From assembly GCA_023665205.1 (NCBI GenBank), contig JAMPEJ010000005.1, positions 89,273 through 153,272 of the forward strand: a stretch of DNA of 64,000 bases. Direction: 5' to 3'. A program made the translations under genes and the position numbers. The notes under the pieces are model-generated. The model searched no databases and was not told the DNA's origin. It saw only the letters and a program-made list of their open reading frames with translations. Source of the DNA: Corallococcus sp. GTDB lineage: Bacteria; Bacillota; Clostridia; Christensenellales; CAG-314. Positions 56,937 to 64,000 of this stretch are shown here, piece after piece (the first letter of the stretch is position 1; the number at the start of each line of letters is the position of its first letter).

Positions 56937-59306
56937 CTATCTCACAACGTACTTGTACTGGAAGTCTACCGATTTGTTGGCGGGAACGGTAACCGCAAAG
57001 TGTTTGCCGTCCGGTTTTGCAGGCACATTGGTTTTAAGCAGTTTTTTGACGTTATCGGGAAGATACAAGTCTACGTTTACTTCCTTTTTGCTTTCCAAAT
57101 GCAAAGAGAACGTATTCTTTGCGGCATCCAATTGGACGCTTACAATAACGCCGTTTTCCGCAACGAAATTTTCAAACTTAACGTTTGCCCAATCGGAGGG
57201 CAAAGCGGGGAATATTTTGAGCACGTTTTTGTGAGAATACATCAACATTTGCTGTACGTCGTTGGCAAACACCATGTTTGCGTGGATCTGTACGGGCGTC
57301 CACACGCCGCTGCCGCAAATACCCATGCCGCGCCAATCCTTGTCTACGAAAACAAGGTTGTTCATTGCGCAGCCGCGAACGGTGTTCGTAAGGCACAATT
57401 TGGCTTTGAACGCGTCGCCCAAACGCGCGTACACCGCGCCCAAAACAGTCATATTGTAACTGTTCTGGTAAGAAGCCAAACTGCGCTTTTTGTCTGCTGT
57501 TGTAAGGTAAGTTTGTACCGTTTCCGGATCGGACATCCAACTGACGGAATTGCCGAAATACGCCGGATAAAGCGTCCCGTTGGATATTCCCGTGTAGTCT
57601 ACGGAAATAATGGAATTTACAAATTCTTTTATAACGCCGTCGCTGGCGACCTGCGTTTGAGGCATACCGTCCAACATCTCCCGCCAAGCGGCGTCAGTCT
57701 TCACTCCGCAAAGCTCGCAAGCCTCGATAAGATTTGTAAACAAGTCTCTAGCCAAAGAAAAGTCAAGTTCGCTGTTTTTAGCTATTACGGGACGGTCGGT
57801 GATTTTGTAACTGTCGGCAATGCGCATAGGCAAAGCAGAGGGGCTTATTTCCAGCCCTTGAGGCGTCCTTACGAAAAAGTCCTCGTAAAAAGTAGCGACC
57901 TCTTTCATAAAAGGAATTAGACGCGATTTCAAAAATTTCGTATTTTGCGAATAAGTTGCGTACTTGTAATAAAAATTGGCAAGCCAAGCGCCGCAACCGG
58001 TAAAGTGCACTACAAAAGTATCGTTACTGCCCAAACGTCCGGTATTGGGGGCGGCAAGCACGGGAACCAGTATTCCGCGGCAACCGAACAAACGTTGAGC
58101 GTTGTTGCGATAGTCGCCCATGTTTCGCTCGAAGTAATCGAACGTCTTGTCCAAATCGGCAAACAGATTTCCGCAAAACGCGTGCAAATAGGTCATTTCC
58201 AACTCGCCGGACGCGCACTTAAAGGCTCTGTAAGGCTTGTAACAGCCGTTCCACAATCCGCAAGGAGAAAGCATATTGCCGTCGTCCGTCGTTCCTGCAA
58301 CCATCAGATAACGCGAAAATTTGTAGATTTTTTCCACCAAGAGAGGAGGAATATCGCCGCCGTCAGTTTCCAAAAGTAAATCTTCTATGTAGACGTCTGC
58401 GCTCGGCGCAAGCGAAATATCCGCCGAAAGATACAGTTTTGAATGCAAAGCAGAGTGCGACTTGAACAGTTTGTCGTAACCGTCCTTATTTGCGTCTAGT
58501 TGAGATTTAAGAGAGTTCCACTCCCTCTCGCGCGAACCTTCGACAAACGTTTTGACAACGACAAAAACGCTTTGCGCGCCGGAGATTATCATTTCGCCGT
58601 TTTCCGAACGAACGCTTCCTCCAAGCGTAGTTACTTTTGCAACTGCGCCGTAATCGGTGCCGTTATCCTCGTTACGGGCGGCAAAATACAAAAACTGTTT
58701 TTCGCATTTAACGGCTTCGCCCTCAGGCATATTGCAAGCGCCTTCGTACGTGCGGGCGTTTACGCGGTGCATAAGGTTGAATGACAAATCCACGTTGACG
58801 TTGCCGGAGCCTTGTTTTGTGATACGGTAGGCAATAAGATTATCCGCGCGCGAAACGAATACCTGACGGATATACTTGGTATTACCGACGTTGTAAGTTA
58901 CGGTAGCCTCGCCGTGTTCCATATCCAAAACTCTGCAAAAGTTTGTGGGCGTATCGCTCAATTGAAAGTGAAGATCCAGTTTGCAAAGAGGCAAAGGATA
59001 CTCCGTTTGAGAACGGAAATTCTTTTGTTCCAGAGCGGTAGGCAAAATGGCCTGCGCGTTAAGGAAATCTCCGCTGTCGATTTTTTTACGTACGTCGCGA
59101 AGTTTCATCGAAATATCCGGAACTACGTTTGTGCGTCCCATCCAATTGAGCGCTTGCTCGTTGATGAGAATACGCTCTTCCGACGCGCCGCCGTAAACGT
59201 TTGCCGAAGTTTTTCCGTTGCCCAAAAACAAACCTTCGCGCCATTTTTCGCCCCACCACTCCGACGGGGTACAGAATTTAAGAATATTTGCAAATTTATC
59301 TGCCAT
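56937..59306 (-). CDS. Glycoside hydrolase, GH95-like (N-terminal W..G..LGNG...INE..LW signature)
   Basis: ORF trimmed to ATG 59306 (AAGGTGGA RBS). 789 aa. Family assignment by motif recollection only. Confidence 0.55.
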   Translation of the reverse strand: MADKFANILKFCTPSEWWGEKWREGLFLGNGKTSANVYGGASEERILINEQALNWMGRTNVVPDISMKLRDVRKKIDSGDFLNAQAILPTALEQKNFRSQTEYPLPLCKLDLHFQLSDTPTNFCRVLDMEHGEATVTYNVGNTKYIRQVFVSRADNLIAYRITKQGSGNVNVDLSFNLMHRVNARTYEGACNMPEGEAVKCEKQFLYFAARNEDNGTDYGAVAKVTTLGGSVRSENGEMIISGAQSVFVVVKTFVEGSREREWNSLKSQLDANKDGYDKLFKSHSALHSKLYLSADISLAPSADVYIEDLLLETDGGDIPPLLVEKIYKFSRYLMVAGTTDDGNMLSPCGLWNGCYKPYRAFKCASGELEMTYLHAFCGNLFADLDKTFDYFERNMGDYRNNAQRLFGCRGILVPVLAAPNTGRLGSNDTFVVHFTGCGAWLANFYYKYATYSQNTKFLKSRLIPFMKEVATFYEDFFVRTPQGLEISPSALPMRIADSYKITDRPVIAKNSELDFSLARDLFTNLIEACELCGVKTDAAWREMLDGMPQTQVASDGVIKEFVNSIISVDYTGISNGTLYPAYFGNSVSWMSDPETVQTYLTTADKKRSLASYQNSYNMTVLGAVYARLGDAFKAKLCLTNTVRGCAMNNLVFVDKDWRGMGICGSGVWTPVQIHANMVFANDVQQMLMYSHKNVLKIFPALPSDWANVKFENFVAENGVIVSVQLDAAKNTFSLHLESKKEVNVDLYLPDNVKKLLKTNVPAKPDGKHFAVTVPANKSVDFQYKYVVR

Positions 59307-59368
59307 AATCCACCTTTGATTACATATTGTGCTTGCCACAATATATAATCCACCTTCGATTACATATT
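59305..59368. repeat. Two 24 nt direct repeats (period 40) flanking a 17 nt palindrome in the GH95-like gene leader
   Basis: ATAATCCACCTTTGATTACATATT and ATAATCCACCTTCGATTACATATT (23/24 identical). ATTGTG-CTTGC-CACAAT lies between them. Confidence 0.85.
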
Positions 59369-59631
59369 TTGCTATAATACAGTATATCAAAAAAAACAGC
59401 CTGTGGCAAGGCTGTTGTACGTACAAATTGCAAAATTATTTTTTAATTTTTATATTTTGCGATACAAATGCGCTAAAACGCGAGCAAAAAAGCCAATTCA
59501 ACAATGTAATTAGCAATTTTGACAATGACCTACAAAAAGTGCGCTAAAGCCGTATACCGCGAACTACGGCGACCGAGCCTACGCTCGCATCGGTTACAGT
59601 GACGGCAACTCGGCGCAACTACGCACAAGTT

Positions 59632-60381
59632 TTACAAACGTATCTGCGACATCAATTCGGATATTTGTTCCGTATTTTCCTGTAAGGAATTGAAACGCAG
59701 CAAAAAGTTTCTTAGAGCCAACCAACTGATACACAATATTTTAGGATTTTTGAGATACAGCGCGTTTACAAAAAATTCACACAACGTCAAAACTTCGGCA
59801 AGATACGGCAACAGAGAATCGGCGCTTTGGAAAATAGCCGTCACGGTATCCGTTTCTTTAAGCAAAGCGGCAAGCACGTCGCTTGCAACGTAAGTCTTTT
59901 CCGCCGTAAAAAACTTTTCCGCTCGCACAGATTCCTCAAGATTCAAACTGCTGGGATCGACCGAGTGTAAAATACTTTCTCCCGCGTGCTTAAACGGTTT
60001 CAAAACTTCCGTAGCAAACCTTTCGTATGCTACGTTGCTGTCGGCGTCGTTGTAGTATTCCTTCAAAAATTCCAAAATATTACGGCGCCCGCAATCGACT
60101 TCCGTAAGCAGACATACTACAAATGCAAAAAGACGGTTACGCTCGGCGGGCAACTTCAAGCGGGCATCTACAGTACCGTCGGGACGAGTCCAAGTAACTC
60201 GCGCACGGGAAAATTCCGTAACGTAGGAAACGCTGCGTAACGAATCGGACAAACACTTGCACAAAACCGGCGTGGAAGCAACGCACTTCAGCACTGATGC
60301 AATGTTTTTATCCACCAAAATCATTTTTCCCTCGATAAGTCTGTTGACGGAATCGGTAAAATACGCCAGTTCGTTTTTCAT
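59632..60381 (-). CDS. Hypothetical protein (249 aa), no family recognised
   Basis: Clean ORF, predicted helical, divergent from the DUF4364 gene. Confidence 0.55.
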   Translation of the reverse strand: MKNELAYFTDSVNRLIEGKMILVDKNIASVLKCVASTPVLCKCLSDSLRSVSYVTEFSRARVTWTRPDGTVDARLKLPAERNRLFAFVVCLLTEVDCGRRNILEFLKEYYNDADSNVAYERFATEVLKPFKHAGESILHSVDPSSLNLEESVRAEKFFTAEKTYVASDVLAALLKETDTVTAIFQSADSLLPYLAEVLTLCEFFVNALYLKNPKILCISWLALRNFLLRFNSLQENTEQISELMSQIRL

Positions 60382-60528
60382 TTGTTACCTCTAAACAAAG
60401 TTTGATGCAATAAGTATAGCATATCGTAAAAGTTATTCCAAGTATTTTTGGCAAAAAGGGCAAAAACTGTTGTGACAAATTAAAAAATGTTGTATAATTT
60501 GGAGTACTATCACAAGGAGAGGAAAACT

Positions 60529-61062
60529 ATGCAGGCAGGCATCACGCAGGACACCACCATAAACAAGTTGATAATGCTGTTTGTGTTTGACAAAATGGAA
60601 ACTGCGTTGACCGAAAGCACGGTTTTGGACCTTTGCAGTTACAAAAACAACTGGATAGACTTTGCCAACTGCAAACAAACCCTCTTGGACGTGGTAGACA
60701 ACGGCTTTGTTTACAAAAGCGACAACGGCACGGGAGAAAGTTTTTACGATTTGACGGCTGAAGGCAGATGGTGTTTGAAAAATTTTTATACGCGCATACC
60801 AAGCAGCGTGCGTCAACTTATTTCCGACGACATCAAAAAAAAGCGCATTGAGTACCGCCGCCGCCAAGACTACGTGGCGACCTACGCAAAATGCCCCGAC
60901 GGCAGTTACGACGTTGTGCTGAAAATCATAGAGCCGACCAAGACCACGTTGGAAGTAAAATTCAACGTAATGACCCGCAACATTGCAAAATACATCGAGC
61001 GAACGTGGCAGGACAAAGCGCCCACCGTATACAGCAAAATTTCCGACACATTGATCGATTGA
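60529..61062 (+). CDS. DUF4364-family protein (putative winged-helix regulator)
   Basis: ORF trimmed to ATG 60529 (AAGGAGAGG RBS). INKLIMLFVFDKME...LDLCS... is typical of DUF4364. Confidence 0.65.
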   Translation: MQAGITQDTTINKLIMLFVFDKMETALTESTVLDLCSYKNNWIDFANCKQTLLDVVDNGFVYKSDNGTGESFYDLTAEGRWCLKNFYTRIPSSVRQLISDDIKKKRIEYRRRQDYVATYAKCPDGSYDVVLKIIEPTKTTLEVKFNVMTRNIAKYIERTWQDKAPTVYSKISDTLID

Positions 61063-61238
61063 CGCAGCTGCAACAACCGGAACGACGTGACCGGGCGACG
61101 CAGCGGGATATGTTAGAAAACGGTTTTGAATACCATTGAAATTATGCTCCGCGTTTTGCCGTTGCTCAGTCAACGTCGCGCTAAACCTAACCGGCTGACG
61201 CACTGCAAGCAAAAGTTTGAAACATTGCGGTAAAATAA

Positions 61239-61267
61239 TTGACAAAAAACAAATATTACATTATTAT
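61239..61267 (+). promoter_or_regulatory. Sigma-70 promoter of tRNA-Leu
   Basis: TTGACA, 17 nt spacer, TATTAT. The tRNA starts 13 nt downstream. Confidence 0.7.
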
Positions 61268-61279
61268 ATGTAAGCAAAC

Positions 61280-61362
61280 GCGAGATTGGCGGAACAGGCA
61301 GACGCGCACGTTTAAGGGGCGTGTGGGAGACCGTGTGAGTTCAAGTCTCACATCTCGCACCA
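61280..61362 (+). tRNA. tRNA-Leu, anticodon read as AAG (type II, long variable arm)
   Basis: Acceptor GCGAGAT/ATCTCGC; D arm GCG-GAACAGGCAGA-CGC; anticodon arm CACGT-TTAAGGG-GCGTG; 11 nt variable arm; T arm GTGAG-TTCAAGT-CTCAC; encoded CCA. Confidence 0.8.
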
Positions 61363-61367
61363 AAAAA

Positions 61368-61396
61368 GAGGAACCGAATATTCGGTTCCTTTTTTA
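61368..61396 (+). terminator. Rho-independent terminator after tRNA-Leu
   Basis: GAGGAACCG-AATATT-CGGTTCCT followed by T5. Confidence 0.85.
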
Positions 61397-61438
61397 TGTG
61401 GCGGACGGCTGAATGTCGTAAGACATTGATATGAGACA

Positions 61439-61516
61439 TAGGCTCATTAGCCGAGCCTACACAATAGGCGAACGCCACGTAGCGAGCAGTCAAGCGAGCG
61501 GAGTACATCTCATACC
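61439..61516 (+). repeat. tRNA-trailing motif (hairpin TAGGCTC-ATTAGCC-GAGCCTA, then ATAGG-CGAACGCCACG) followed by a degenerate copy of the tRNA-Leu T-loop and 3' end
   Basis: AGTCAAG...ACATCTCATACC versus tRNA AGTTCAAG...ACATCTCGCACC. The motif is shared with 7956..7990. Confidence 0.65.
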
Positions 61517-61570
61517 GGATATCGATTCAATTTATTAACAAACGCTATGCAAGACGAAAAATATACTACG

Positions 61571-62137
61571 TTATAAATCCGACAATCTTCCGTTATCGTT
61601 CCATTCGCCGTACATTACGCCGTTTTTTGTATTTTCAATAAATTTATTCAGCCTGTTCAGATACAACTTCGGATTGTTTTTCTTTTTTATTTGTATGGTG
61701 TCTATCCTGACTTGCCGATACAGCGGAGGAAACTTTTGAAAGTTTCTCCACACTTCTTCATCCTGTTGCAATGCCTGCAAAATTTCCGCGTCGATTTCAA
61801 ACTTGGAAGTAGTCAACACCCTTCTACCCACGTCGGTCATACGCCCCAGTTTTTCCATTCTCAAAAACCGCGCTTTATTCAATTCCGACCATACGCTGCG
61901 CTTAGAACGCGGCGCCAATCTTTGAAACGTCTTACCCTCAAACCTTTTAGTCGTGCTGTCGATCCAACCGAAACACAACGCTTCTTCCACCGCGTCGATA
62001 TACCAAAACGCGTTTTCGTCAGTCGGACGTCCGCGTTTAACTTGTATCCAACATTCCTTTTCCGTTTGGTAATTTTTTTGCAACCACTCTCGCAGTTCGT
62101 CTCTGTTTTTGACGCTTAACATATTTTTTATATCCAT
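61571..62137 (-). CDS. YdeI/OmpD-associated family protein
   Basis: WLQKN...CWIQVKRG...YIDAVEEALCFGWIDS...LAPRSKRSVWS pattern. Confidence 0.75.
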   Translation of the reverse strand: MDIKNMLSVKNRDELREWLQKNYQTEKECWIQVKRGRPTDENAFWYIDAVEEALCFGWIDSTTKRFEGKTFQRLAPRSKRSVWSELNKARFLRMEKLGRMTDVGRRVLTTSKFEIDAEILQALQQDEEVWRNFQKFPPLYRQVRIDTIQIKKKNNPKLYLNRLNKFIENTKNGVMYGEWNDNGRLSDL

Positions 62138-62140
62138 AAA

Positions 62141-64000
62141 TTACACCACGTCAACATCTGCGACAATTACCGTTTTGACGTTGCCGGAAACGGTAGTAAT
62201 TTGTGCGGCATAAGTGCCCGCATCATTTTTGGATGACGTACGTAAAGTCAGAATATCGATTTTTTCCGCAAGCGGTTTTCCGTTATGCAGCCAAGTTACA
62301 CTTTGTACGTCGGATTCGGCGAACAACTCCAAAACGACGCTTTCTCCGACGTTCATTTTAATTTTCATAGGCGCGTTGTAGACGACAAAATCACAGCAAA
62401 CTGCAACGGACTCGACCGTTTTCAAACTGCCCGTACTTTTCCAACCGTCGGCGCTATCCTGAACGTTGACGCTGATTTCCGTCAATTCGTCACCGCTTTT
62501 CAAGCCGAACATGTACAAGGGGACTTGAAACTCAAACATTTCGTCGCTGTATTTCAATTGCATTCCAACGTGCCCGACTTTATCCGGATCGCTGAAATAT
62601 ACGTAGCCGTTCGTTTGCTGATACAGCCAATACGATTTTGTGGTTTCAGGATTCTCCGACGTAGACGCAGACTTTACGACTCGAAGATTGAATACGGGAG
62701 ACGCGCTGTTATGCGGCAAATTTGCCATAACGTATAAGTTTTGTTCGTCGGCTTTCAAGTACAGCTTATTGCTGCCGTTTTCTGCCACAACGTCGCTTTG
62801 CCGCCACTCGCTACCGCCGGAAACGAGGCCGTCTATTTGCACTTTTTGTCCCATATTGTACAACTGAGCAAAACGCGGTAACAAACCTTCTTGACTAATA
62901 GTATTATCTGTTGCTTTGTCGGCATTATCCGATTTCGTTACGGTAAAATTGCCCAAATAATTAGCGCCCAAACTTTCGTCAAAAACGTCGTTGTTTGCAA
63001 AGCGAACGGAGCGCATAGCAAATTGAGACATATTTCTGTTTCCGACAGAAGACTTAAAATACACGTTCCATTTGCCTTCCTGCAAAAACGCGGGAATTTT
63101 TATTTTAATAGTCTCGGTAACCGTTTTTCCCGAGTACCATACCGTCGGATCGACGTCAACGTCGCAGCGCACAAAATTGCCGTCCTTTTCCAACAAAATT
63201 TCGCAATCCTGCTTTTTTATGGGATTGGCAAAACCGTTGTTGACAAGAGTAAACGATACGTCCAGCATCTCACCCTGCGCGACAGACTTGCTGATTTTAC
63301 TGTTTTTAAGCACAAAACGGTAACCGATATGGTCTCGGATAAACTGCCATACCGTTTGGCCGTAATATGCGGAATTATCGTAGCCCGATACGTCTAAAGA
63401 CTTGTTAAAAGTGTATTCTTTGTACAACTCAAAAATATTGCCGTTGATGTAACTTAAATGAGTTTTGTACATTTCCGGCAAACAATTCTCCGGCTTATAA
63501 GTATCGTATTGTTTGGCGAAATCGATATTACCGGAAAACTCTCCTCCGAAATACGACGTAAGAGTCTGTTTGCCAAGCCAAGCCGTTTCTGTTTCACGGT
63601 CGGCATAAGTTCCCAAATCGCTGTTCGAGCCCATATAACCGTCATTATACAATCCCACGCGCAACTCGTCGTCGGTTTTGCAAACGTAATCGGCAAGTTC
63701 GGCACGGGATATTCCAACGTAACCGGCAAAAATGTCCGGTGTGCGCACGGTGACGGGAACAGGATAGGGAACGCAATCCAAGATTGCTGAAAGCAATTGC
63801 ACCTTGTAATCCAAGGAGGTATATTTGCCACCGTGCTGCTCGCCCCACTTTCCGACAAAACCACACTCAACAAACATCAATATGTCCTGATACTCCTGCA
63901 AAATTCCGCTTTGTTTAATTTGAGAAATATGGTTTAACACTTGTTGAAACGTTTTGGGTTCGGGGTCGGCTTTGCCGTTTTCATCATAACGGAAACGGAG
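62141..64000 (-). CDS. DUF4874/DUF4832-type glycoside-hydrolase-like protein with C-terminal Ig-like domain; 5' end outside the window
   Basis: The frame stays open from 63940 to the window edge. VECGFVGKWGEQHGG and LYNDGYMGS segments. C-terminal I-set-like WLHNGKPL...DAGTYAAQ. Confidence 0.7.
   Translation of the reverse strand, partial: LRFRYDENGKADPEPKTFQQVLNHISQIKQSGILQEYQDILMFVECGFVGKWGEQHGGKYTSLDYKVQLLSAILDCVPYPVPVTVRTPDIFAGYVGISRAELADYVCKTDDELRVGLYNDGYMGSNSDLGTYADRETETAWLGKQTLTSYFGGEFSGNIDFAKQYDTYKPENCLPEMYKTHLSYINGNIFELYKEYTFNKSLDVSGYDNSAYYGQTVWQFIRDHIGYRFVLKNSKISKSVAQGEMLDVSFTLVNNGFANPIKKQDCEILLEKDGNFVRCDVDVDPTVWYSGKTVTETIKIKIPAFLQEGKWNVYFKSSVGNRNMSQFAMRSVRFANNDVFDESLGANYLGNFTVTKSDNADKATDNTISQEGLLPRFAQLYNMGQKVQIDGLVSGGSEWRQSDVVAENGSNKLYLKADEQNLYVMANLPHNSASPVFNLRVVKSASTSENPETTKSYWLYQQTNGYVYFSDPDKVGHVGMQLKYSDEMFEFQVPLYMFGLKSGDELTEISVNVQDSADGWKSTGSLKTVESVAVCCDFVVYNAPMKIKMNVGESVVLELFAESDVQSVTWLHNGKPLAEKIDILTLRTSSKNDAGTYAAQITTVSGNVKTVIVADVDVV

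Noticed and set aside
60433-61245. 270 aa ORF antisense to the DUF4364 gene.
   Set aside because: The DUF4364 frame has a strong RBS and family-typical sequence. The antisense product has no start context and an Arg/Val/Phe-rich composition.

Overview
This 64 kb window looks like ordinary core chromosome of a Bacillota (Clostridia-like) bacterium. The taxon is inferred from three things: AGGAGG-type ribosome-binding sites, the L27 N-terminal propeptide with the Prp protease, and secG-rnr-smpB synteny. About 50 of 58 genes lie on the minus strand.

Recognisable content:
- ppdK and rpsT.
- The secG-rnr-smpB block.
- A pgk-tpiA-gpmI glycolytic operon.
- A TetR-controlled ABC efflux operon.
- Two tandem YitT membrane proteins.
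- A glycogen/maltodextrin block: malQ-glgB-glgP-GH13.
- nagB and galM.
- The rplU-prp-rpmA operon.
- An ECF sigma factor with a PepSY anti-sigma partner.
- rsmI, nrdR, a ClC channel and several glycoside hydrolases (GH36, GH2, GH95-like, DUF4832).
- Two tRNA genes, Thr-CGT and Leu-AAG.

I found no CRISPR array, transposase, integrase, reverse transcriptase or recognisable multi-gene defence system. I do not think a novel protein-coding system is demonstrable here.

The signals that the gene map does not explain are non-coding:
1. A ~170-210 nt structured element occurs in two ~85 % identical copies. Each sits between a terminator and the next gene, and weaker relatives are closed by the same GCCGCA/TGCGGC stem.
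2. Both tRNA genes are followed by a short insert that carries a shared hairpin motif and a degenerate duplicate of that tRNA's own 3' end.
3. The tRNA-Thr leader contains a duplicated 5' half and an anti-D-arm segment.
4. A perfect 99 bp tandem duplication spans the gpmI stop codon.
5. A decayed XRE / Cys-rich module lies next to tRNA-Thr.
6. tRNA-Leu carries an A34 (AAG) anticodon.

All calls rest on reading the sequence and the ORF track. No homology or structure search was run. Start codons were chosen by Shine-Dalgarno inspection.
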